A stretch of DNA of 41,117 nucleotides from Promethearchaeota archaeon (GTDB lineage: Archaea; Asgardarchaeota; Lokiarchaeia; Sigyniarchaeales; SOKP01): the NCBI GenBank assembly GCA_048939445.1, contig JBHLPN010000004.1:1-41117 (forward strand), in the 5' to 3' direction. Within the stretch, counting starts at the first letter, position 1; each line of letters begins with the position of its first letter. The notes beneath the pieces were generated by a model. It searched no databases, was not told the DNA's origin, and saw nothing but the letters and a program-made list of their open reading frames with translations. Both the position numbers and the translations under genes were made by a program. This document shows positions 17,943-27,137 of the stretch, in pieces.

Positions 17943-19820
17943 TTAAAGTAAAGATTGGATTAAAGTTTTAAAAATATTATAATCGTTGATAAATTCGTAC
18001 GATAGGACTAAATTGATAATTTTAGATTTAGGAGATGGAAATATTTGAGTTAGTTCATCAGAGATTTTCCCTGCTTTAAAAATTGAATCATCAACCATCA
18101 AATTAATTGTGTCTCCAATTTTTTTAATTTTTGAATAAAAAGTCTTGCTTAATTCTTGTCCAGATGAGAGAATTATTGTTGGTTTACCTAAATATGGTAT
18201 AAAATCTAAATTAAAAATTAATGTTTGATCTGGAGCGCTGCTAAGATTTTTAAAGAATTGTTTAGCTGAAGCCGTAAGTGTATTTAACACATTCTCATTA
18301 TAATTCTCTCTTAAGGGAAGAATATAATATGCTATTGATTTATTTAGTGAATATTTCAAATCGTTATATACACGATCTAATATTGGAAAAATACTAAAAT
18401 CAAAACCAAATAATGAAATAAATACAACTGAGAAATTGAAATCATTTTTAAGAATATTATTACTTACATTTCCACCATTTAAACTAAAATTTGTAATTTC
18501 CTTTCTAATATTAGAGATATATGTATTCAATAAGAAATATTGAGAAAAAATGGGCGTAGCTTCAACTTTTGATTGAATTTCATCAACTATTATATAAATT
18601 ATATCGAATAGATTTTTTATTACTTTCTCCTTTAACTCTTGATTAGCTATCCTTTCAATAATAGAATTAGCTGCTGATGGACTATCAAGCTCAGCAATAG
18701 CATTGATTGCGTCATTTAATAATCCATAAGATTGCTTTCTTAGTTTTCTACTTTCTATGTTGTTATTATATAAATTTATGATTAATTGGATGATAAGATT
18801 ATAAATTTTAAGTAATTCAGACTGGGAATTCTGTTCATGCAGCTTTTTAGCGATATTAAACAAAATTCGTGATTTTAGTAAATTGTTATTGATATAATTC
18901 ACTAAGTTTAGAGCTAATACAGGATTAGATTCAATAATTTTACTATAAATCTTAATTAGAAGATCTTCTAGAATAGAAGGGTTTTGAATTAAAAGTGCTG
19001 TTCTAATTGCTTGTTCTGGATTATTTAAGACGTAGTCTAAAGCTAAATATCTAATTAAATTTTGTTTAATGTCTAAATCCTGTAAATTATTAACTATTTG
19101 AAGCGCAGTCTCAAAATTTCTTGTCGCATAAGCGCGAAGTAAATTGGTATATAAACTAAGCTTTTCAGAATTATTGGATAGCATTAATGCGAACTTTAAA
19201 GCTTTTAGTGGATTATTTATTGAAAGATATCCTTTTGCTAGTTGTATTATATATGCTTCGATCTTTTCGAGTAATTGAGAAGTTGATGAACCCATTGATT
19301 GTGCTGATTTGAATTCCTCTCTCAAGGTATTTAGCTGTTGCTCTGCTTTTTTTATTACATCTTTGGTCATTCCAATGAAAAAATCATTTGGATTAAAAGG
19401 TTCTATTTTTTCTTTAAGAATAATAGCTTGTCTTTCAAGAATTTTCTTTATATTACTATTAGGGACAGAATCTCTAACCTTCTCTACTTTAACCTTAACT
19501 TCAGTAATCTTAAGCCAATTTACCTTTATCGTTAGTTTACCGTAACCATCTATAGTAGGCTCCAAAAATAATTCTATATTTTTGGTTTCTCCTGGATCAA
19601 ATTCAATAATGTTTTTAAATTCATCTGGCTTTGGGTTAACGTTTAAATTTTCTCCTTCAAAATTAAATTTAAAATTCTCAGCTTTATTTGAGATGTTAAT
19701 TACTTGAATTTTTACCTTATTTTCTATACCTGGAATCAATAGATTTTGCGGAAATTCTGTTATGTTTAAAGAGATGATGTTGATTATACTAGACATTTTT
19801 TTAAATGATTTTTTGTACAC
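17943..19820 (-). CDS. Hypothetical 625-aa protein. By eye it has an N-terminal beta-sandwich-like domain, a central alpha-helical repeat region and a C-terminal alpha/beta domain.
   Basis: Long ORF with no signal peptide or TM. Residues about 15-115 are beta-rich (KVKIQVINISNKAENFKFNFEGENLNV...GETKNIELFLEPTIDGYGKLTIKVNW). Residues about 190-400 are Leu/Asn-rich helical repeats. I recognise no family motif. Confidence 0.65.
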   Translation of the reverse strand: MYKKSFKKMSSIINIISLNITEFPQNLLIPGIENKVKIQVINISNKAENFKFNFEGENLNVNPKPDEFKNIIEFDPGETKNIELFLEPTIDGYGKLTIKVNWLKITEVKVKVEKVRDSVPNSNIKKILERQAIILKEKIEPFNPNDFFIGMTKDVIKKAEQQLNTLREEFKSAQSMGSSTSQLLEKIEAYIIQLAKGYLSINNPLKALKFALMLSNNSEKLSLYTNLLRAYATRNFETALQIVNNLQDLDIKQNLIRYLALDYVLNNPEQAIRTALLIQNPSILEDLLIKIYSKIIESNPVLALNLVNYINNNLLKSRILFNIAKKLHEQNSQSELLKIYNLIIQLIINLYNNNIESRKLRKQSYGLLNDAINAIAELDSPSAANSIIERIANQELKEKVIKNLFDIIYIIVDEIQSKVEATPIFSQYFLLNTYISNIRKEITNFSLNGGNVSNNILKNDFNFSVVFISLFGFDFSIFPILDRVYNDLKYSLNKSIAYYILPLRENYNENVLNTLTASAKQFFKNLSSAPDQTLIFNLDFIPYLGKPTIILSSGQELSKTFYSKIKKIGDTINLMVDDSIFKAGKISDELTQIFPSPKSKIINLVLSYEFINDYNIFKTLIQSLL

Positions 19821-19919
19821 TTTATTTATACTAATTCAAAATATCTCATTTATTTTTAGGTTTAATAATTAATAATAGATTAACTACTTAAATTTTAATT
19901 AATAGAAAATGATAAAGAA

Positions 19920-20669
19920 TTATTTCCCCATTCTTCTATTTCTCCGTAAATAATCCCGTAAATCCTCAATTATCATTTCTTTATTATAATCAGGCCATAG
20001 ATCATCTCTAAATTTAAATTCAGCGTAGGAAGAATCCCATAGCAAAAATCCTGAGATTCTACATTCTCCAACTTCCATACCTGTTCTAATTATATAATCC
20101 AGCGGTGGAAAATTTTTGGTATAAAGATAATTTTTAATTAAATCAGTATTAATCTTTTCTGCTTGAACGCCATCATCGATTATTCTTTTCACAGCATCAA
20201 CAATTTCTTCATGACCATCATACATTATACAAAGATTTATGAAATTCTGGTTGTGATTTTTAGTAAAATCAACTAGTTCTTGAATTTTTGCTCTTACTTT
20301 CGGTGGTAACATTGAAACCCGACCTATCACACTGAATTTTACTTTTTCTTCTTTTACAATTGACTCGTTAATGACTGTATCTACTGCTTTAATCATTATT
20401 TTATAAATATATTTAAGTTCTTCAGCGTTCCTTTTTTTTACATTTTCAAGTGATAATATATACAAACTTAGATAATGGATCCCAGCATCAAAAAAATCAA
20501 ATAGTCTCTTCTTAAGGTTTTCATATCCTACTAAATGCCCAAAATTGACATCAAGATTCCTTTTTTTAGCCCATCTTCTGTTGCCGTCAACAATCAAGCC
20601 TATGTGTCTAGGGAGTTTATCTTTCCCTTCTTTTTTTAATTCTTCTAAAGTAATGACCATCTGACTCAA
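19920..20669 (-). CDS. uppS: cis-Prenyltransferase (undecaprenyl/dolichyl-type polyprenyl diphosphate synthase, UppS family)
   Basis: 249-aa ORF with HIGLIVDGNRRWAKK and RTGMEVGECRISGFLLWDSSYAEFKF, the two hallmark UPPS motifs. Confidence 0.9.
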   Translation of the reverse strand: MSQMVITLEELKKEGKDKLPRHIGLIVDGNRRWAKKRNLDVNFGHLVGYENLKKRLFDFFDAGIHYLSLYILSLENVKKRNAEELKYIYKIMIKAVDTVINESIVKEEKVKFSVIGRVSMLPPKVRAKIQELVDFTKNHNQNFINLCIMYDGHEEIVDAVKRIIDDGVQAEKINTDLIKNYLYTKNFPPLDYIIRTGMEVGECRISGFLLWDSSYAEFKFRDDLWPDYNKEMIIEDLRDYLRRNRRMGK

Positions 20670-21060
20670 TAGAAAGTAGTATTATCTTCAATATTAATAT
20701 TAAATAGTAAAAATATTAATTTATCTAAAAATATCACATAATAGTTTCTTATTGGATTTTATTCTTCTAAGAAAGATGAAATCCTCAAAAATTTTTTATT
20801 AATTATCCTATTTTAAGGATTTTAATTTATAATTTCAAGTTATTAATGTTTATGAAAGATAGATTAATTTTCACAATATTTAACACTTATAAGAATTTGA
20901 ACTATTGAGAATATTAATTTACTGAGAATTTTTATATAAGCAATTCTTTTACTATGAATAATATTTAATTAAATAACTTTTTGAACAAATAAATATTACA
21001 TTATATTGTTTATTTTTTCAGTGGAAAAAGGGAAAATTAACACTTTGAGAAATATAGTTA

Positions 21061-22737
21061 ATGCTTTCTAACGATTATTTATTTTCGAACATTGGAATTG
21101 ACTCAATTGGCTTTCATGCTCCAAGACATTATGTCAAGTTAGAAGAGCTTGCCCTAATGAGACAAGTAGATCCAGAGAAATATAAAAAAGGTTTATTATC
21201 TAAAGAGATGCGAGTAGCTGATATCGATGAAGATATCATTTCTCTTGGATTAAAAGCAGGCTATAATGCATTGTTGAGAGGAGGCATCTCTCCTAAAAGT
21301 ATTGATGCACTTTTTGTGGGTACTGAAACAGAAGTATATGCTGCTAAATCAATTTCTAATATTTTTGCTGAAATGTTAGAAATTTCCCCTAATTCGTTGA
21401 CTCAGGACATTTATAACGCCTGCGCTGGCGGTACCTTAGCAATTATTAATGCAATTGCTTTAATTGAAAAGGAAGTTATAAGTAAGGCTCTTATTATAAG
21501 CACAGATATATCTTCTTACCATCTCGGTTCCCCAGGTGAGCCAACTCAAGGATCAGGCGCTATTGGACTTGTTATATCAAAAAATCCTAGAATAGCTAAA
21601 TTTAGTAAAAATTTTGGTAAAGTTTCAGGAAATGTCAATGACTTTTTTAGACCTCCTAATGATAAAAATGCAAGAGCATTTGGGAGATATTCTCAGGATG
21701 CATATATAAATTTTCAACTTAGTGCATATGATGATTTACTCAAACAAATTGGAGATTTTCATGCAGATTTTTATACATTTCACGCACCCTACTCCAAACT
21801 TCCGTTAAAGATAATGCAACAAATAATCCTAAAGCGTTGGATTAAACATATAAATGAACTACCTGAATTTAAAATAAAGAAGATTAGATCTTCTATAGTC
21901 AAGAAAATTAACCATTTTTTACATGATGTTACAGTATTACCAGAATATCTTTATTTAAAACTAAAAGAAAAAGGGTACTCTTCTCCAACTTTGGAGAGAT
22001 TTTCATATTGGGTGAACACAAATATTAAAGAAAGAGTACTTCCTCAATTAAATGTACCAATGCATTTTGGAAACATGTATAACGCTTCGCTCTGGGCTCA
22101 AATTATATACCTTCTTGAAAACCAAGCTCGTGTTTATGACACGATCTATTTTGGGTCCTATGGTTCAGGAGCTACCTGTATTTCCGGGCTTTTAAAAGTT
22201 CAAGAAGGATTTAATGAAATTATCAAAAAAGGACCACATATAAATGATTTTATAAATTTAAAAGAGAAAAAGAGTGTTCAAGAATACGAGTTAATAAAAA
22301 ATGGTAGTACTAAACCAAAGATCTTATTGGGTCATATTATTGAACATGAACAGAATAATAATAGAGGGTTTACACTTCATTTCTGCGATGAAGGATGCCT
22401 TATTCCTAATATAAAGGGATTAAACACTTGTCCTAAAGGGCATTCGGGATATCACAAAAGATTTTTCCCTCTCTTTGCGAAGTTAGATAGTGATCCAATA
22501 GTTCAGACAGATTGTAATGACTTAAAATATTTGAAAAAGGGTTTAGTAAGAGTGGCTGATACAGCAAGAAAAGGTAGTTCTTTAGAGTATGAAATACGGA
22601 GGGTTGAGAATGAAAACGAGGAAGATATCAATGCTAAAGGATTATTAAATTGGAGCCCAATATATATACCTATTCCAGAAAAATATTTAACAAAGAGAGA
22701 TCATCAAATCCAAGATGTTCTTATTCCTCTTGATTAA
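21061..22737 (+). CDS. Hydroxymethylglutaryl-CoA synthase (MvaS/HMGCS1-like type) with an internal insertion and a C-terminal extension of about 150 aa containing Cys/His residues
   Basis: 558-aa ORF. The N-terminus is IGIDSIGFHAPRHYVKLEELALMRQVDPEKYKKGL. The catalytic Glu region is VGTETEVYAAKS, the Cys is YNACAGGT and the His is TFHAPYSKL. GNMYNASLW and FGSYGSGATC are also present. The extension carries FCDEGC-x11-CPKGH. Confidence 0.85.
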   Translation: MLSNDYLFSNIGIDSIGFHAPRHYVKLEELALMRQVDPEKYKKGLLSKEMRVADIDEDIISLGLKAGYNALLRGGISPKSIDALFVGTETEVYAAKSISNIFAEMLEISPNSLTQDIYNACAGGTLAIINAIALIEKEVISKALIISTDISSYHLGSPGEPTQGSGAIGLVISKNPRIAKFSKNFGKVSGNVNDFFRPPNDKNARAFGRYSQDAYINFQLSAYDDLLKQIGDFHADFYTFHAPYSKLPLKIMQQIILKRWIKHINELPEFKIKKIRSSIVKKINHFLHDVTVLPEYLYLKLKEKGYSSPTLERFSYWVNTNIKERVLPQLNVPMHFGNMYNASLWAQIIYLLENQARVYDTIYFGSYGSGATCISGLLKVQEGFNEIIKKGPHINDFINLKEKKSVQEYELIKNGSTKPKILLGHIIEHEQNNNRGFTLHFCDEGCLIPNIKGLNTCPKGHSGYHKRFFPLFAKLDSDPIVQTDCNDLKYLKKGLVRVADTARKGSSLEYEIRRVENENEEDINAKGLLNWSPIYIPIPEKYLTKRDHQIQDVLIPLD

Positions 22738-22763
22738 TAATTTACTACTTTTTTATATAACAA

Positions 22764-23741
22764 ATGAAATTTTTGCATAGATCAATTCCTTATAAAATTA
22801 AAAAAAAATTATTATTATTATTGAATGAAAATATGAAAAAGAACGAAAAATACAACCAAATTATTACTTTAAAAGATGGTCGCAAGCTTGGCTATGCAGA
22901 ATTTGGTATCCCTGAAGGAAAGCCAATATTTTATTTTCACGGTCATGGTTCCTCCCGTCTAGAACCTAGGATGTATGGTTTTGATGACAAACAGTTTAAA
23001 GTTCGTCTCATATCAATAGACCGTCCTGGAAGAGGTTTATCGGATTTTAAAGAAAATAGAACAATTTTGGATTGGCCTAATGATGTTATTGAGCTAGCTA
23101 ACAAATTAAATATTCAAGAATTTGCAGTTTTGGGAGGATCTGGTGGATGTCCGTATGCATTAGCCTGTGCACTAAAGATACCTGAACGCCTGACATATTG
23201 TGGTATTGTTTCTGGACTTGGCCCAATTGAGTTAGGTTTAGAGGGTATGGATAAAGGGAAACAGAAAGAACTTAAATTAGCAAAAAATAAGCCTGGACTT
23301 TTAACTAAGTTTTATAAGATTATAGAGAAAAAAATTTTTAAAATGAAACTTCAAACACAGCAGGAACTCGAGAAGACATTTCAAAAAAGATCTAAAAATT
23401 TACCTGAGCCAGATAAAAATATTATGGTAAATCCTAATAAACTACCTTTATACGTTGAATTAATGGTGGAACCTTTTCGACAAGGAGTTAATGGAGTTGT
23501 TTATGATCTCAAATTAATAAGCTCAGATTGGGGATTTAATCTGAAAGAGATCCCTTCAAGTATAAAAGTATTTCTATGGCACGGTGAATTAGATAATAGT
23601 GTTCCTGTCAGAATGGGGAGATTAATATGTGAAACCATCCCTAATTGTACCAGCAAATTTTATCCAAATGAAGCCCACCTATCCACGGCAATTAATAACA
23701 TTGAAGAAATACTCGATACTCTTACTTCAAAACAAAATTAA
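22764..23741 (+). CDS. Alpha/beta-fold hydrolase
   Basis: 325-aa ORF with an HG oxyanion motif (FYFHGHGSS), a nucleophile elbow (VLGGSGGCPYA), and a late Asp and His (GELDNSVP; NEAHLS). The true start is more likely Met24 (22833, MKKNEKYNQIITLKDGRKLGYAEFG). Confidence 0.8.
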   Translation: MKFLHRSIPYKIKKKLLLLLNENMKKNEKYNQIITLKDGRKLGYAEFGIPEGKPIFYFHGHGSSRLEPRMYGFDDKQFKVRLISIDRPGRGLSDFKENRTILDWPNDVIELANKLNIQEFAVLGGSGGCPYALACALKIPERLTYCGIVSGLGPIELGLEGMDKGKQKELKLAKNKPGLLTKFYKIIEKKIFKMKLQTQQELEKTFQKRSKNLPEPDKNIMVNPNKLPLYVELMVEPFRQGVNGVVYDLKLISSDWGFNLKEIPSSIKVFLWHGELDNSVPVRMGRLICETIPNCTSKFYPNEAHLSTAINNIEEILDTLTSKQN

Positions 23742-23783
23742 TTTTTTATAAGGATTGTACTGATCGAAATTCCTTGATTGGAA

Positions 23784-24344
23784 CTATTCATCTCCCCACC
23801 GTTTAATTTCACTTTCTATACCAATTTGATCAAGAATCCTTCCTATAGTATGATCAATAAGTTCCTCAACGGATTCTGGCATAATATAATAAGAAGGAAC
23901 CGGTGGAGCAATTACAACACCTAACCTTGCTAATTTAAGCATATTCTCTAAATGAATCGGACTTAATGGGCTTTCTCTTACAACAAGAATAAGTCCACGT
24001 TTTTCCTTTATTGTAATATCAGCTGCTCTTGTAATCAAATTATTAGAATAACCATTAGCAATTGCAGCTAAAGTTTTCATAGTACAAGGAACAATTATCA
24101 TGCTTTCAACTTTAAATGAACCACTAGCAGGTGGAGCAGTTAAATCATTAACATCATAATAAATTGTAGCTAATTCTTGAAGATCACTGATTCTTATGTT
24201 AGATTCACTTAGAAGTACTTGTTCAGCTGCTTTGGATATGATTAATCCGGTTTTGATATTTTTTTCCTTTAAAACCTTTAGTAGCTTAATAGCAATTAAT
24301 ATACCTGAGGCACCAGTTATCGCAACAAGAATCATATTTCTCAC
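23784..24344 (-). CDS. ubiX: UbiX-family flavin prenyltransferase (prenyl-FMN synthase)
   Basis: 186-aa ORF. It has VAITGASGILIAIKLLKVL, IVPCTMKTLAAIANGYSNNLITRAAD and a typical UbiX/Pad1 length. Confidence 0.9.
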   Translation of the reverse strand: MRNMILVAITGASGILIAIKLLKVLKEKNIKTGLIISKAAEQVLLSESNIRISDLQELATIYYDVNDLTAPPASGSFKVESMIIVPCTMKTLAAIANGYSNNLITRAADITIKEKRGLILVVRESPLSPIHLENMLKLARLGVVIAPPVPSYYIMPESVEELIDHTIGRILDQIGIESEIKRWGDE

Positions 24345-24430
24345 AGGTACTTGATTGTAAATTTAAATTTCTTCTATGTATTAATTAATTAGGAATAATA
24401 ATTATTTTTTGTATTAATTGTAAATATGTA

Positions 24431-24438
24431 TTATATAA
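24431..24438 (+). promoter_or_regulatory. TATA-box-like element for the HMG-CoA reductase gene (near-leaderless transcript)
   Basis: TTATATAA is centred about 30 nt upstream of ATG 24464. No SD-like motif lies between them. The background is AT-rich, so the call is weak. Confidence 0.3.
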
Positions 24439-24463
24439 TAATTCTTTTCTAAGAAAAAATTGG

Positions 24464-25753
24464 ATGTTGATTATGATTGGATATAATTCTGAAATTTCTG
24501 GTTTTTATAAACTTTCCATGAAGGAACGCAGAGAACTATTGTCTAAACTTATTAAATTTAATGAAAATGATATTAACCTTCTAGAGAATTTAGGATATTT
24601 TACAGAATCTCAAATTGATACGATAATTGAGAACGTTGTTGGCTCATACCAATTACCAATAGGGATTGCTTGTAATTTTAAAGTAAATAATAAGGATTAC
24701 TTGATACCTATGGTTATTGAAGAACCTTCTGTTGTTGCAGCAGCATCAAATGCTGCTAAAATTGCTAGAAAACATGGAGGGTTTCAATCTGAAGATGTAA
24801 AATCTGTAATGATTTCACAGATACAAATAACCCAATTACAAGATATTAATGTCGCGAAAAATGAAATTATGGATCATAAAGATCAAATTTTGAAAATGGC
24901 TAATGAACAGGATCCTTTATTGAACGATTTAGGCGGTGGTGCTATCGATTTCGAAATACGAGAATTGGATACTCAGAAAGGTAAGATGTTAATTTTGCAT
25001 TTATTAGTTAATGTTTTAGATGCAATGGGTGCTAACGTCGTTAATACAATGGCAGAAGCAGTAAGTCCTTATATTGAAGAACTTACTGGTGGGAAGATTT
25101 ATCTAAGGATTATATCTAACCTCGCCATTCATAGAATAGCAAAATGCAAAGCTACTTTTGATAAAGAATTATTAGGTGGAGATAAAGTTGTTGAAGGGAT
25201 ATTAAATGCTTATGAGTTTGCACTAGCAGATCCCTTTAGGGCTACTACCCATAATAAAGGAATAATGAACGGAATTGTAGCCTTAGCACTAGCTACTGGA
25301 AATGATACACGTGCGATCGAAGCTGGAGCTCATTCATATGCTGCCTTGAAAGGACAATATTCTCCATTAACTAAATTTCAAGTTGATTCAGACGGTAATT
25401 TAATTGGAGAAATTGAACTCCCTCTTGCTCTTGGCATTATTGGAGGGATGACTAAAAATCATCCAATGGCTCAATTAGCTCTAAAGATTTTAAATATCAA
25501 AAGCGCTAATGAGCTTTCCAAGGTAGCTATTGCCCTTGGTCTAGCCCAAAATGTAGCTGCTTTAAGAGCTCTTGTTTCAGAAGGAATTCAAGAGGGTCAT
25601 ATGTCTCTTCATTCGAGGAATATTGCAAAACTTGCGGGAGTGCCTGACACCTTAATAGAAAAAGTAGCTAATAAATTAGTTGAAGATAAGAAAATTAGAC
25701 TTGATCATGCAAAAAAGATTTTGAAAAGAATTCTTAATAATGAAAACCTTTAG
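24464..25753 (+). CDS. HMG-CoA reductase, class II (soluble, bacterial/Archaeoglobus-type)
   Basis: 429-aa ORF with no membrane domain. Motifs are IENVVGSYQLPIGIA, MVIEEPSVVAAASNAAK, DAMGANVVNT, ATGNDTRA and HMSLHSRN. Confidence 0.9.
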   Translation: MLIMIGYNSEISGFYKLSMKERRELLSKLIKFNENDINLLENLGYFTESQIDTIIENVVGSYQLPIGIACNFKVNNKDYLIPMVIEEPSVVAAASNAAKIARKHGGFQSEDVKSVMISQIQITQLQDINVAKNEIMDHKDQILKMANEQDPLLNDLGGGAIDFEIRELDTQKGKMLILHLLVNVLDAMGANVVNTMAEAVSPYIEELTGGKIYLRIISNLAIHRIAKCKATFDKELLGGDKVVEGILNAYEFALADPFRATTHNKGIMNGIVALALATGNDTRAIEAGAHSYAALKGQYSPLTKFQVDSDGNLIGEIELPLALGIIGGMTKNHPMAQLALKILNIKSANELSKVAIALGLAQNVAALRALVSEGIQEGHMSLHSRNIAKLAGVPDTLIEKVANKLVEDKKIRLDHAKKILKRILNNENL

Positions 25754-25820
25754 TTTTATAAAATTTGTTTCTGTAACTCAAAATATTAGTGAAGTAGATA
25801 ATTTGAGATGAATAAAATTT

Positions 25821-27122
25821 ATGGGATTTAGAGAATATATAGATCAAATTAATAAGAAAGGTCTTCTTCGAAATGTTGATATTGAGGTGTCAAAAAAATT
25901 AGAAATCTCTGGAATTTTGAAAGAGGTTGAACCAACACCAGTTATGTTTAATAATATACGAGAGTCAACATTTCGCGTTGTTGGTAATGTTCTCTGCACA
26001 AAGAATGTAATTGCTTCATATTTTGGCGTAACTCCCGCAGATCTAATACCCATGCTCTCAAAAGCAATTATCGAGCGCTCAAAACCAGAACTTGTTACAA
26101 ATGCTCCCTGTCAAGAGATAGTTGAAACAAGCGTTGATTTAGATAAATTACCAATTTTATTCCATTGTGAAAAAGATGGTGGAAATTATATCAGTTCCGC
26201 TGTTGTAGTCACCAGAGATCCTGATTATGGCCAAAATTTAGATTTTCATAGAGCAATGCAGTATTCTAAAGACAAATTCGCAACTCGAATAGTTAAGGGA
26301 CGTCATTTCTATCAATTTTTAGAGAAAAATGGAGAGGTAGAAGTAGCTTTTTGTATAGGGAATACTCCTAACATTTTAATTGCTGGAGCCACTTCTGTTG
26401 ATATTGGTGTAGATGAATTACACATTGCTAATGCACTAGAACCAATTAAAGTTGTAAAAGCAAAATCTGTAGACCTTATAATACCTGCAGAAGCAGAATT
26501 TATTTTAGAAGGGCGTGTCTATTTTGACGAAAGACATACCGAAGGACCTTTTGTAGATTTGACTGAAACTTATGATGTGATTAGAGATGAACCAGTTTTT
26601 GAAGTTAAAACAATAACTCATAGAAAAGATGCAATTTGGCAGGCCTTATTGCCAGGAGCCCTTGAACATAAAATATTAATGGGAATGCCTCGTGAACCAA
26701 CTATTTTTAATAAAGTAAATGAAATGGGAGTTAAGTGTCTTGATGTAAATGTCAACCCTGGTGGATGTTCTTGGTTACATGCAATCGTTCAAATTGATAA
26801 AAAAGAAGAAGAGGATGGTAAAAAAGCAATAGAAGGAGCTTTTACAGGGCACACAAGCTGTAAACATGTTTTTATTGTCGATAAGGATATTAACATTTAT
26901 GATCCATTATCTGTAGAGTGGGCGATGGCAACTCGTTTCCAAGGAGATACTAGAATGGTTGTTAAAGATAAAGAACCAGGAAGTAGTTTGGATCCCAGTG
27001 CTGAGTCTGGAACGAAAATGACCACAAAAATCGGTTTTGATTTAACTAAACCACTCTTAGTCAAAGGTAAGAGTTTTGAGATAGCTGAATTTCCAAAAGT
27101 TGATATTAATAAATATTTTTAA
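25821..27122 (+). CDS. UbiD-family (prenyl-FMN dependent) decarboxylase, probably anhydromevalonate-phosphate decarboxylase of the archaeal mevalonate pathway
   Basis: 433-aa ORF with the UbiD-type layout (REYIDQINKKGLL...VEPTPVMFNNI...GGNYISSAVVVT...GPFVDLTE). The function is inferred from being first in an operon with the two AcnX subunits and from the nearby ubiX. Confidence 0.8.
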   Translation: MGFREYIDQINKKGLLRNVDIEVSKKLEISGILKEVEPTPVMFNNIRESTFRVVGNVLCTKNVIASYFGVTPADLIPMLSKAIIERSKPELVTNAPCQEIVETSVDLDKLPILFHCEKDGGNYISSAVVVTRDPDYGQNLDFHRAMQYSKDKFATRIVKGRHFYQFLEKNGEVEVAFCIGNTPNILIAGATSVDIGVDELHIANALEPIKVVKAKSVDLIIPAEAEFILEGRVYFDERHTEGPFVDLTETYDVIRDEPVFEVKTITHRKDAIWQALLPGALEHKILMGMPREPTIFNKVNEMGVKCLDVNVNPGGCSWLHAIVQIDKKEEEDGKKAIEGAFTGHTSCKHVFIVDKDINIYDPLSVEWAMATRFQGDTRMVVKDKEPGSSLDPSAESGTKMTTKIGFDLTKPLLVKGKSFEIAEFPKVDINKYF

Positions 27123-27137
27123 GATGAGGAAATAAAA

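Noticed and set aside
23784-27122. Reading ubiX plus ubiD as ubiquinone/menaquinone biosynthesis genes.
   Set aside because: Their context (operon with the two AcnX subunits, flanked by HMGR, mvk and IPK) matches the archaeal mevalonate-pathway decarboxylase system. No other quinone-pathway genes are in the window.
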